Positions 32,940-42,287 are shown, counted from the stretch's first letter. The stretch: DNA of 53,394 bases from an uncultured euryarchaeote (GCA_937876055.1 CALEIW010000242.1:1-53394); one strand, 5' to 3'. The notes: a model not told the origin generated them from the sequence alone. Numbers and translations: made by a program.

Positions 32940-35813
32940 ATGGTATACGATTCGGCGGAAATTGAGACGCGCTGGCAGGCTCGCTGGCGTGACGCCCGCG
33001 TATTCGATGCAGAAGTAGACGATTCTCGTGAGAAATTCTACTGCCTCGAGATGTTCCCATATCCATCTGGCTACATGCACATGGGCCACGTAAGAAATTA
33101 CTCGATTGGCGATGCCATGGCTCGTTTCCAGCGCTTGATGGGAAAGAATGTCCTCTATCCGATGGGATACGACTCATTCGGAATGCCCGCCGAGAACGCT
33201 GCCAAGAAAGAGGGGGGGCATCCTCACAGCGTCACTGAGAGAAATATCGAGATGATCCGAGCCGATCAGGAAAGAATGGGATATTCATACGACTGGAGGC
33301 GAATGTTTGCGACTTCCACACCGGAATATTATCGCTGGAATCAAGAATTATTCCTTCGATTCAACGAAGCCGGTTTGGTAGAAAGGAGATTCGCACCAGT
33401 CAATTGGTGCGATGATTGTGATACAGTTCTTGCAAATGAGCAAGTCAAGAATAATCGTTGTTGGCGTTGTGGTCTTGAGGTAGTCCAGAAGGATATGGCG
33501 CAGTGGTTCTTGCGCATGACAAAGTATGCTGACGAATTATTGGATGAATTAGACCACATCGAATTTCCAGAGAACGTCAAAGCGATGCAGCGAAACTGGA
33601 TTGGCCGTTCACATGGTGCCCACATAGAATTCCCTGTGGTCGGTAATGTAGAAGGTGAATCCGCTAGCATTGGTGCATTTACAACCCGTCCAGATACAAT
33701 TTTCGGAGTCACTTTCGTTACTCTATCTCCTGAACATCCACTCTGTGAGCCACTAGTAAGTGGAACCGAATATGAACAGGCTTGGAGAGATTTGGCAGAG
33801 GAGTGCGCTCGAATGACTGAATTTGAGCGAATCAATATGTTGAAACAAAAGAAAGGAGTTCCTCTTGGTAGATTTGCAACTAATCCAATTACCGGAGAAG
33901 AAGTTCCAATTTTTGCTGGTAACTTTGTTGTTGCAAGCTATGGAACCGGTGCTGTGATGGCGGTTCCAGGGCACGATCAGCGAGATTACGACTTCGCCAA
34001 GAAATACGGACTTGAAATCAAACCTGTCCTATCAAGGAATGAGGGCGGTGAAGGAGTTGAAGAGAATCCTGTATTCGATGGATTAGGATGGATGGTCAAC
34101 TCAACCATAGAAGGATTCGATGGTCTATTCGGTAATGATGCAAAGACTGCGGTAATATCAGCCTTAGAAGAAAAAGGAGCGGGCCATGGCTCCACTGAAT
34201 ATCGGCTGAAAGATTGGTTACTTAGCCGCCAACGCTTCTGGGGAACTCCAATTCCAATGTTACATTGTGATTCTTGTGGAGTAGTTCCAGTCCCCTACGA
34301 ACAACTACCTGTAGAGCTGCCTTTGGATGTGACTTTTAGTTGGGAAGAGAGTGGTAATCCACTAGCTCGCAGTGAATCCTTCCTTACTACAACTTGTCCG
34401 CAGTGCAACGGTCCTGCACGCAGAGAGACCGATACAATGGATACATTTTATGATTCATCTTGGTACTTTATGAGATTCGTCGATTCATCAAATGACTCAG
34501 CACCATTCGATCGTGAAGCAGTAGATTACTGGATGAATGGAGGGGTTGACTTGTACATTGGGGGTATTGAACACGCCGTCATGCATCTTCTCTATGCCAG
34601 ATTCTTCACAAAGGCTACTCGCGATCTAGGTATGAATGAGGTCAGCGAGCCATTCGGGCGCTTAGTCTGTCAGGGTATGCTCAACGCACCCGCGCCATTC
34701 TGTGTAGATTGTAATACCGAGTATCACATAGATAATTTCGGAGGAGATTGCCCCAATTGTGGACAAGGATTGGGCTCACGTTCCGCCAAGATGAGCAAGA
34801 GTCTCGGCAATACCGTAAGCCCAGGAGAAATGGTGGACCGATTCGGTGCTGACACAGTCCGTCTGTTCATTCTCTTCGGTGCCAACCCAGAGGCTGGAAT
34901 GGATTGGTCAGACAATGCTGTAATTGCAAATCATAAGCAAGTTTGTTCAATAATCGATGCCTTCAATCACGGAATTTCCCTTTCTGACTCCCCCGGTCCG
35001 ATGGATTCCTGGTTACTGGCTCGCCTTAGGGTCAATCAGAATCGTTGGCGAGAGTGTATGGAAGCTGTAAGCCTTCGAGAAGGAGTCATGGCAAGTCACT
35101 TTGAGATGTTGTCTGATTGGCATTGGTATTTGCGAAGAGGAGGTGCAAATAGAGACACTGCGCGCCAATACCTTCGCGGATGGGCACCAATGTTGGCGCC
35201 AGCAACTCCGCATATAGCAGAAGAATTCTGGTCAGAACTTTCGATGGGTGAAGCATCCGATATGTTGGCGACACATGAAATGAAGTTCTACTCGGGTGAG
35301 GAAAATGATGCTAGTATCCTTGCTAGAGAATCTTACCTACGTGGAGTAATTGAATCGGCCCGTAACCTAAGGGGGCTAGCAGAACGTCACTCTGATGCGG
35401 AAATTTCAGGAGTTGTAATTCAAACCGCGCCATCTTGGAAGGTTGAGTTATCGCGTGAAGCGGTAAATTTGGCGAACGAAGATTTTGATTTCAAAGCAAA
35501 AGGCCAAGATCATCTGAAGTCTATGCCAATTTTTGAGAATGAGTCCTTGAGGGGAGAAATATTCCAAACATGGATGGCCTTGACCATGGGATCGAAGAAG
35601 AAAAGAGGCCGAATACACACTTGGGCCGAAGGTGAGAAAGAATTAGTTTCGAGTGGACTCGATGAAAGTGAAATAATCAATTCGGCTTCTGACTTTATTG
35701 CGACTGTGTTGGAGGTCAAATCGGTTGTCGCATATCCGGTCGGCGAAGGTGAAGATATTGGAGGAAAGGCACGCTTCGCTTTCCCATTGGAGCCTGGTGT
35801 CGCCTTTGTCTGA
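32940..35813 (+). CDS. leuS: Leucine--tRNA ligase, bacterial-type
   Basis: CLEMFPYPSGYMHMGHVRNYSIGDAMARFQRLMGKNVLYPMGYDSFGMPAE closely parallels E. coli LeuRS. NWCDDCDTVLANEQV...CWRCG, RNWIGRS and KMSKSLGN are also present. Confidence 0.95.
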   Translation: MVYDSAEIETRWQARWRDARVFDAEVDDSREKFYCLEMFPYPSGYMHMGHVRNYSIGDAMARFQRLMGKNVLYPMGYDSFGMPAENAAKKEGGHPHSVTERNIEMIRADQERMGYSYDWRRMFATSTPEYYRWNQELFLRFNEAGLVERRFAPVNWCDDCDTVLANEQVKNNRCWRCGLEVVQKDMAQWFLRMTKYADELLDELDHIEFPENVKAMQRNWIGRSHGAHIEFPVVGNVEGESASIGAFTTRPDTIFGVTFVTLSPEHPLCEPLVSGTEYEQAWRDLAEECARMTEFERINMLKQKKGVPLGRFATNPITGEEVPIFAGNFVVASYGTGAVMAVPGHDQRDYDFAKKYGLEIKPVLSRNEGGEGVEENPVFDGLGWMVNSTIEGFDGLFGNDAKTAVISALEEKGAGHGSTEYRLKDWLLSRQRFWGTPIPMLHCDSCGVVPVPYEQLPVELPLDVTFSWEESGNPLARSESFLTTTCPQCNGPARRETDTMDTFYDSSWYFMRFVDSSNDSAPFDREAVDYWMNGGVDLYIGGIEHAVMHLLYARFFTKATRDLGMNEVSEPFGRLVCQGMLNAPAPFCVDCNTEYHIDNFGGDCPNCGQGLGSRSAKMSKSLGNTVSPGEMVDRFGADTVRLFILFGANPEAGMDWSDNAVIANHKQVCSIIDAFNHGISLSDSPGPMDSWLLARLRVNQNRWRECMEAVSLREGVMASHFEMLSDWHWYLRRGGANRDTARQYLRGWAPMLAPATPHIAEEFWSELSMGEASDMLATHEMKFYSGEENDASILARESYLRGVIESARNLRGLAERHSDAEISGVVIQTAPSWKVELSREAVNLANEDFDFKAKGQDHLKSMPIFENESLRGEIFQTWMALTMGSKKKRGRIHTWAEGEKELVSSGLDESEIINSASDFIATVLEVKSVVAYPVGEGEDIGGKARFAFPLEPGVAFV

Positions 35814-35824
35814 GAGTGTTGGTT

Positions 35825-36181
35825 ATGGGCTCTCAGTACACCGTTCTAATCGATGGATATTGCCCGGTTTGTACTGGCTGGGCTGCTTTCATCAACAAGC
35901 GAGATTCATCAAATAGATTCTCGGTTGTGGCCCAAGAGACCACCGAGGGTGAAGAAGTTCTAAGCAATCTCCCAGAAAAAATGAGAGAACTTGACTCAGT
36001 GTTTCTAATCGATGAATCTGGTAAATGGTATGCTCAATCTTCAGCAGTGATTCGCATTCTTCTTGGCCTTGGTTTCCCCTATAATTTTGGGGCAATCATT
36101 TGGTTCGTTCCGAGCCCAATACGTAATTTTGCTTACGACCTATATGCTCGTAATCGAAACAGAAATTCCAGAAATTCATGA
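35825..36181 (+). CDS. Thiol-disulfide oxidoreductase DCC family (DUF393)
   Basis: IDGYCPVCTGWAAFI fits the DCC motif. The protein is about 118 aa. The ATG is at 35825 (35816 is GTG). Confidence 0.75.
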   Translation: MGSQYTVLIDGYCPVCTGWAAFINKRDSSNRFSVVAQETTEGEEVLSNLPEKMRELDSVFLIDESGKWYAQSSAVIRILLGLGFPYNFGAIIWFVPSPIRNFAYDLYARNRNRNSRNS

Positions 36182-36241
36182 TTTGAAATCGGGCTTCTTT
36201 AGCGCGAGGGTTCATGGACGTCCGACATCTCGCAAGTCCCG

Positions 36242-37297
36242 TTGAGCGAGAAAAAAGAAGGTGGAGGCCGCCGCAGAAGGCGTCGGTCTCGAAGGAAGCC
36301 GACTAATGGTGCCGATTCTAGGCCATGGTCGCAAGGTGATCCCGATGCTGTTGAGCAAGCCTTAGCTCGGTTCAATCAGTCACCACCTCCGATGGGAATA
36401 CCGGAATCAATAGACCCTCCTCCAAGAGAAAGACAATTGAAGTGGAGAACTAATGCAGTTCCAAAAAATATCCAAAAGAAAGTAGGCAACATTGTCTGTA
36501 AACCAGGGGAATTCGGCTTCCTTCCCGAAGAAAGAGTCGACGAAATTAGAGGTCAAATAGACCATCTTCCAATAACCATAGAACAGGCACTTTCGCTTCG
36601 CGGTGCCTTGAATCAAGAAAAGAGTGTACATTCACACGGACGCTTGATGCGAAATGCAAACCAATTACGAAGACGATACGATAAGGGCGAGGGAGTACTG
36701 ACTCTTTCTCAACGATTTGATGCACCTCCAGTCAATACATTCAGGGCGATATTAAGCGGCCGGGGGTGGTCAAAGAATCGAATCAAAGAGACTCTGAAAA
36801 ATCCAGACAGAATGAACAAACGTGACCAAGAGGAATTTTCCAAAGCTGAAGATGCAGACAAAGTAAGTTCAGTCAACCAATCGGATACACAAACTGCTGC
36901 TGAAGTGTTTGAAGATATTTTATGTGCATATTTCGATAATCTCGGAATCCGTTTTCGAAGGCAAGAGGATTTACTTCGAGAGCAGAAGGAAGCGGAAGGC
37001 CGAGCGGTAGTTACTCCCGACCTGCTGTTGCTTGATGATGTCAGAATCAATGGAGTTCCTTGTGCCTGGATTGATGCAAAGCACTTCTATGGGGCGGACC
37101 TAAGATTCCCTCGAAAGAAGACTCAGAAACAGGTTAACAGATATGTCAACGAATATGGCCAGGGAGCAATCGTGTATAGACACGGATTTACTGGTTCCTT
37201 AGTTCAAAGAGGTGCAATTTTACTCGACGCTAGCCCTCTAGATTTGACTCCACTTGACGAGTTCCACGAAAAGCGAGCTGGCGGCTCACATTCATGA
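36242..37297 (+). CDS. PD-(D/E)xK-like protein with a TPD motif (CDIN1/C15orf41-like) and an Arg-rich N-terminal tail
   Basis: VVTPDLLLLDDVRINGVPCAWIDAKHFYG fits PD...(D/E)xK, with TPD followed by D-A-K. The N-terminus is KKEGGGRRRRRRSRRKP. The start is TTG as tracked, and the next in-frame ATG is about 50 codons downstream. Confidence 0.5.
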   Translation: MSEKKEGGGRRRRRRSRRKPTNGADSRPWSQGDPDAVEQALARFNQSPPPMGIPESIDPPPRERQLKWRTNAVPKNIQKKVGNIVCKPGEFGFLPEERVDEIRGQIDHLPITIEQALSLRGALNQEKSVHSHGRLMRNANQLRRRYDKGEGVLTLSQRFDAPPVNTFRAILSGRGWSKNRIKETLKNPDRMNKRDQEEFSKAEDADKVSSVNQSDTQTAAEVFEDILCAYFDNLGIRFRRQEDLLREQKEAEGRAVVTPDLLLLDDVRINGVPCAWIDAKHFYGADLRFPRKKTQKQVNRYVNEYGQGAIVYRHGFTGSLVQRGAILLDASPLDLTPLDEFHEKRAGGSHS

Positions 37298-38266
37298 TAG
37301 TGGCCCGAGTTGAGTTAGAGTAACATCCAACCCTTCTTCGGTTAATTCCGACAATAAATTCTCTAGGGAAATCTCCTTTGAAAGATCTCGCGGAACAATG
37401 GCAATACTTTCTCCTAACATACACAACAAAACCGATGTATCTGTTTCCAAACCGGCTCTCAGTGAGACATTTTTTCCTTTCTCTACCAATTCAGAACGAG
37501 ATGCATCATCACTTAGCCCAGATTGTTTTGAAAATGCCTCTGCTGAGTTGAGAAGTTCGCCCCATCGAGAATTGTTCCAAGAGCCCTCTGATAGTTTTTC
37601 CATTTGTTTTCTTCCGGCCTCTGTAATCGACTGTTTCCAACCATCATCGTCAATATATTCCGATGTATGTCTTCCGGGGTTTGCCCGCCAAGCCAAAACT
37701 ACAGGAATCGATTCTGTCCAACCTTCGGATTGACCAGGTCCATTCAATAGATCAGGGCCCGAATAGGGAGAGCCTGGGCTCAATCTACGCTCTACTCCTC
37801 CAGCGGCTAGTGCAGTAACATCTCCGAGCCCGGTTGAATTCTGCCTCTCAACCATATGAGCGATAGCAAGAGATCTCCGAAAACTCTCCTCGTGGGGTAA
37901 TCCAAGTGCTCTTTGGAATGCAGAGGCGGCGGCAATTGCGCCGGCGGCCGACATTCCAAATCCTTGTGAGGATGGTAATTTGTTTCTAATCGCAATTTCC
38001 CAACTATAGTCTAAAATCGCCGAAATTTGCTCACTAAGCAAGTCTAATACCTGCTGGAAAATCTTTGAATCTCCATTTCCATCTAGCAGTTTTACTTCTA
38101 GGGAATAATCACCTAATTCCCCTCTAGCGATGGCTTCTGCTCCATCATTCAGGCACAACCCAGCGCCCAAACTACCTTGCTTAATGAGATCCTCATCCAT
38201 GTCTTCGACTGTGAACAATAGTGTGACGTGGCCCCCGCAGGTGCCTCTACCCAAGACCGCAGTCAT
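37292..38266 (-). CDS. GHMP-family kinase, most like archaeal pantoate kinase
   Basis: GGHVTLLFTV...QGSLGAGLCLNDG and the GHMP motif LPSSQGFGMSAAGAIAAASAF are present. Confidence 0.65.
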   Translation of the reverse strand: MTAVLGRGTCGGHVTLLFTVEDMDEDLIKQGSLGAGLCLNDGAEAIARGELGDYSLEVKLLDGNGDSKIFQQVLDLLSEQISAILDYSWEIAIRNKLPSSQGFGMSAAGAIAAASAFQRALGLPHEESFRRSLAIAHMVERQNSTGLGDVTALAAGGVERRLSPGSPYSGPDLLNGPGQSEGWTESIPVVLAWRANPGRHTSEYIDDDGWKQSITEAGRKQMEKLSEGSWNNSRWGELLNSAEAFSKQSGLSDDASRSELVEKGKNVSLRAGLETDTSVLLCMLGESIAIVPRDLSKEISLENLLSELTEEGLDVTLTQLGPLS

Positions 38267-38308
38267 ATGCCTTCATCTCCGAGGCACTGCAAGAATGCTA
38301 CGTCGGCA

Positions 38309-39301
38309 TCAGAGAACAGCTTTCAGGTCGTCTCCAAGAGAACTGAATGTCTCTGATAGAGATGAGGAAGCCAACTCAAGTGCAGTTTGTGGGCTCATTG
38401 AACCATCTGTTTCGAAGTTAAAGATGAACTCTCCAGGTACATCTTCGATTGTGATTGCATCCTTGAATTCGGTCTGTATCTCTGTTCCATCACCAACATG
38501 GTGAAGTTCCTTTGCGAGAGTCTCAACCTTTTCAATATCCTCGAGGCGTCCATCTTTATCGAAATCCTTTGCATTGATTGTGAGGTTCAAATCCCAGAGA
38601 ATTTTTGCTTTGGTCTTGTTATTCAAGACTCCAACTTGCCTTGGTACGAAAGTAACACCGCAAACAGGTGACCACTTTGCATGCTGGCTTCCGCGACCCA
38701 TTACTGCGGTAGCGTAGAATTCCAGCATCTGTCCCTTGTACAACTTAGTAATTGGAATAGATCTGTAGTGTTCTGGAATCTCAAGACTTTGATCACCCAA
38801 GTAAATCATGTCACCTGCGGTAACGGTCATTCCCTCTTCGGTTCCAAATGCCTTGCAAGTGTATATCATGTTACAAGTAGGACATCCGCGGTCTTCTGGG
38901 ACCAAATCCTTGCAAGTAGGACAGGTTTCCTCGTAATGGAACATCTTGTGGTCGGTTGGAATTGGAATCATTGCAAGGCGCTGAGCCACCATCTCATCTG
39001 GTAGCGCACCGTTGGTTTCCCAAACAGTGTAGTCAACGCCTTCTTGAGCCAACTTCTTTTCACACTGATTGCAACCTGAACCTCCAGATGATTCACGGGC
39101 TGCAGCAGCAGGATTGAGGTGTCCACAAGATAGACATAGGTCAAATGAACCCATCTGGAAGCGAACAGTCTCAATTGCCATCTTTGGAGTTTCTGACATC
39201 ATAGTTCGGCGAAGGGCGTTTGCAAATGCACGATCGCTATCTTTAATCAAGAGCTTAGCATTCTCTGTTCCCATATCTAGAACTTCTATTTTCACCATCA
39301 T
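38309..39301 (-). CDS. rpoD: DNA-directed RNA polymerase subunit D (Rpo3) with two CxxC...CxxC insertions
   Basis: VKIEVLDMGTENAKLLIKDSDRAFANALRRTMMSETPKMAIETV matches the Rpo3/RpoA-NTD signature. The gene follows S11 as in archaeal clusters. An SD-like GGTGAT lies in the 7-nt spacer. Confidence 0.85.
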   Translation of the reverse strand: MMVKIEVLDMGTENAKLLIKDSDRAFANALRRTMMSETPKMAIETVRFQMGSFDLCLSCGHLNPAAAARESSGGSGCNQCEKKLAQEGVDYTVWETNGALPDEMVAQRLAMIPIPTDHKMFHYEETCPTCKDLVPEDRGCPTCNMIYTCKAFGTEEGMTVTAGDMIYLGDQSLEIPEHYRSIPITKLYKGQMLEFYATAVMGRGSQHAKWSPVCGVTFVPRQVGVLNNKTKAKILWDLNLTINAKDFDKDGRLEDIEKVETLAKELHHVGDGTEIQTEFKDAITIEDVPGEFIFNFETDGSMSPQTALELASSSLSETFSSLGDDLKAVL

Positions 39302-39308
39302 AATCACC

Positions 39309-39689
39309 TCAGACCCTACGGCCTCTTCGGCCGCCCTTTTGCTTCGTCCCATTTGTTGGGATAGGAGTTACATCTTCGATTCGAGTGATTTGTACACCTG
39401 CACGAGTCAATGCACGGATAGCTGCAGTAGCACCAGGTGCACTGTGTGATCGGTTTCCACCAGCGCCTCGATACTTGACGATAACTTGGTCGAATTCTTT
39501 CTCGGCTAGCATTTCAGCAATCTTTTCAGCAGCCCTTGTTGCTGCAAACTGACCACCGGCATCGCTCCCCTTCTTGGTAACCTGCCCACCAGAAACCTTT
39601 GCCAAAGTCTCTGCTCCGGTAAGATCGGTGGCGGTAATTAGCACGTTGTTGTACGTACTGAAAATGTGTAAAACAGCCTTGTGACCCAT
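39309..39689 (-). CDS. rps11: 30S ribosomal protein S11
   Basis: HIFSTYNNVLITATDLTGAETLAKVSGG and AIRALTRAGVQITRIEDVTPIPTNG are present. The ATG at 39689 overlaps the S4 stop (TGATG). Confidence 0.95.
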   Translation of the reverse strand: MGHKAVLHIFSTYNNVLITATDLTGAETLAKVSGGQVTKKGSDAGGQFAATRAAEKIAEMLAEKEFDQVIVKYRGAGGNRSHSAPGATAAIRALTRAGVQITRIEDVTPIPTNGTKQKGGRRGRRV

Positions 39690-40384
39690 CACTCATCGCC
39701 TCCCTCTTCTGGAATTGTTTCCTCGACTGTGGGCGCTTCCTCAGCATCAGCCTTAATTTGTTGAACAAACTCATCATTGTCAGTTGTTGCTCTAACTCCG
39801 CCGACTTCCTCGAGTTCATCTTCCTCAGTCTGTCTAGTCATTCTGAGTTGTTCCATCTCGACACGGAAGGGGTGGTTCTCATCTAGGTAAGGCGATGTTG
39901 CACTATACTGAAGGGATTCTTCCTCTTGTCGGAGAATCTTGTATCCAGGAACGGTCATCCTCTGTTCACCAATTGCGATGTGTCCATGGACAATCATATT
40001 TCGAGCAGCGCGCATAGATGGCGCTAGTCCACGGTAGTAAACAACTGATTGTAGTCTTCGAGCAAGCATGTGCTCTACGGTAATCTGCAGAACATCGTCA
40101 ACACTCGATCCCTCGGCTAGTAGCCCCTTACGAACAAGAGAATCGACCAAGTCGGTTTTCTCTCGGGCAAAGTGACCTTCTGAGGAATCAACTCTACCAA
40201 TGAGTTTCATCGCTTGGTTTCGGTGGCGTCGTAGGGCTGATTTCTCTCGCCAAATCTCGCGCATTCCACCAACCTTCTTCAGGCCGAATTGGTCCTTGAG
40301 GGCGTGTTCTTCCTCTATTCTAGCAGCCTTCCAAGGGTGTGTTGGAGTCTGTGTCTTAGGTCGTGCAAACTTAGGATGTCCCAT
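39689..40384 (-). CDS. rps4: 30S ribosomal protein S4 with an acidic C-terminal extension
   Basis: MGHPKFARPKTQTPTHPWK...LESLQYS fits the S4 pattern and contains an S4 RNA-binding domain. The last ~50 aa are D/E-rich. Confidence 0.9.
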   Translation of the reverse strand: MGHPKFARPKTQTPTHPWKAARIEEEHALKDQFGLKKVGGMREIWREKSALRRHRNQAMKLIGRVDSSEGHFAREKTDLVDSLVRKGLLAEGSSVDDVLQITVEHMLARRLQSVVYYRGLAPSMRAARNMIVHGHIAIGEQRMTVPGYKILRQEEESLQYSATSPYLDENHPFRVEMEQLRMTRQTEEDELEEVGGVRATTDNDEFVQQIKADAEEAPTVEETIPEEGGDE

Positions 40385-40395
40385 ACTTCACCACC

Positions 40396-40863
40396 TCAAC
40401 TCTTCCTCTCCACACCGAGTGTGGTACCACTGCGACCATTACTGCGAAGACGCTGACCGCGAACCTTGTGGCCGCTGCGGTGGCGTATTCCGCGGTATGT
40501 CTTGATTGCAGCTAATCGTGCTACATCATCGTCTCGAGTCAATCGGACTTCTGTTCCGATGATGTGCGCGTCTTCGTTAGACTGCAAATCTCGCTGTCTG
40601 TTGACGAGCCACCAAGGCACGTTCAACGCATATTCGTCAATTGTTGTTCGAATCCTGTCTTGCTCTTCTTCGGTCAGATGACCTCCGAGTTTACTTCCAT
40701 CGATTCCTGCCATGCGACAAATCTGACCGGCCGATCGCTTTCCAACTCCGTTAATCGAAGTAAGTCCTTGTGCAATCGGTCGAAGACCATCGATATCAGA
40801 GTCTGCAAGCCTCAGGATGTAGGAGAAATCCTCTCCTAGTTCTGCTTCATTCACTTTTGCCAT
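40396..40863 (-). CDS. rps13: 30S ribosomal protein S13
   Basis: FSYILRLADSDIDG...INGVGKRSA...YRGIRHRSGHKVRGQRLRSNGR is present. Confidence 0.95.
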   Translation of the reverse strand: MAKVNEAELGEDFSYILRLADSDIDGLRPIAQGLTSINGVGKRSAGQICRMAGIDGSKLGGHLTEEEQDRIRTTIDEYALNVPWWLVNRQRDLQSNEDAHIIGTEVRLTRDDDVARLAAIKTYRGIRHRSGHKVRGQRLRSNGRSGTTLGVERKS

Positions 40864-40982
40864 AGTACGGTTCCCCCGTGTTCATCGGTTGCCCGATGGC
40901 CCTCATAGGGCATCCCGCCGACCTGCCGTCCATATTTGAAGGAGACGGACGCCCCTACGGGGCGATAAAATCGCTAATCGAC

Positions 40983-42287
40983 TCACTGCTCCTTACAAAC
41001 GATGTAAAGGGTATGACTTCCACTGCCTCTATCCAAATCTAGGTCCACCATGAATCCATTTTTGCCTTCAAATTCCTTCATCGCCTTGTGTAATCTACGT
41101 TGTAGGGTCGGATGCTCGTCTGGATTGAGACTGCATCTGAGGGTAACCTTGCCAACGCCATTACGAGCAGCGGAAGCGGCGGTTTGTTCTATTGTGTGAA
41201 GTTCGGGGGGGGTTAGTCGGTGTTGGACAATTTCTCCACTTGCAATTACGAAGGCATCGATTTCATTATCTTCAATCAGTGGATCTGTGCTTATTAGCAG
41301 AGGTCTTCTACCTTCCAATCTAAGCCAAGAATGTCCTGAATTCTCCGGAATCGCCCTATCAAGCCAAGCCTCGTGCAGCCCAGATTGAACAAGTGCCGGG
41401 TCAACAATGGTCAGGTATGCACCATACGGCGGAGGAGAGCTCATGCTAACCAATTCTGATTCTGACACCTTACCTTCTATCGACGCCATAATTTTCTTCT
41501 TACCCATTCTGATACATCGAGAGGGTTCTTTGGAGGAAAGAGAACCTATCCAAACCGATAGTCGGTCAATTCTGCCACCACCTTGACTGAGGTATTCCCA
41601 AGTTCTTGGGATTCCGGGAAAAGTGGTCTCAATCGTAGCATCAACAAGTGACCGCTGGTCCTCGTTTAGTCTAGGCGATAAATCAAGCAAAATCGCCGGA
41701 CCACGAGGACCTGTTTCAAGATGATTAGCCCAGGCCTTTAGCAACGGGCCAAGTGCAGGTTGCATCTCGTCAATTTCATGTCTCTGAGCATCTCTTGGCC
41801 TAGCAGGATCTAGATGTAACATACCGATAGGTGGATGTGCCCTAGTTCCTGCTTCCCTTAGGCTATTCCAGTAGGCGACGATCGCATTCTCTGCATCCGT
41901 TCCATCTCCCACCAGAACGCGATCCATAGTTCGTTGTAGGTCAGACCCTTCGTCGGTAATATGCATGTTTGCAGCGCATAGTAATCCTATATTCGGGTCT
42001 AATTCTATTGCTAACCCTGGTCGCTTCAATCCGGTGGTTAATGCGATAAGTTGCACACCGCTTCCAGCCGCTGCATCTAGGATTACTCCTGCAGGTAGGT
42101 CGGTAGCCTGAATTTGTTCAGCTCTGACTTTAGAAATAGACCAAGGAGTGGACAATCGCCGCATATCTTCAGTCATATGGAATTTCGGTTCTCCCTTGCG
42201 TGCGGATTCAGCCTTGACAACCTTCGAAGCCCTCTTCACCAAGTCCGATGAGGGGTTCAGAGCGTAGTGGTTTGGCTCCTCGTTCAT
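40983..42287 (-). CDS. Class I SAM-dependent methyltransferase with a C-terminal THUMP-like region
   Basis: SAM motif I is VILDAAAGSGVQLIAL. An HLDPARPRD motif is present (as in Tgs1/PF09445-type enzymes). The ~150 aa C-terminal domain is of unknown function. Confidence 0.6.
   Translation of the reverse strand: MNEEPNHYALNPSSDLVKRASKVVKAESARKGEPKFHMTEDMRRLSTPWSISKVRAEQIQATDLPAGVILDAAAGSGVQLIALTTGLKRPGLAIELDPNIGLLCAANMHITDEGSDLQRTMDRVLVGDGTDAENAIVAYWNSLREAGTRAHPPIGMLHLDPARPRDAQRHEIDEMQPALGPLLKAWANHLETGPRGPAILLDLSPRLNEDQRSLVDATIETTFPGIPRTWEYLSQGGGRIDRLSVWIGSLSSKEPSRCIRMGKKKIMASIEGKVSESELVSMSSPPPYGAYLTIVDPALVQSGLHEAWLDRAIPENSGHSWLRLEGRRPLLISTDPLIEDNEIDAFVIASGEIVQHRLTPPELHTIEQTAASAARNGVGKVTLRCSLNPDEHPTLQRRLHKAMKEFEGKNGFMVDLDLDRGSGSHTLYIVCKEQ

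Noticed and set aside
40870-40963. A 6-bp closing stem (CCCCGU/ACGGGG) enclosing ~77 nt in the S13 leader, considered as a possible tRNA or intron-containing tRNA.
   Set aside because: It lacks a T-loop consensus, D-arm and anticodon arm geometry. The 5' arm is better used in a local CGCCCC-GUA-GGGGCG hairpin.
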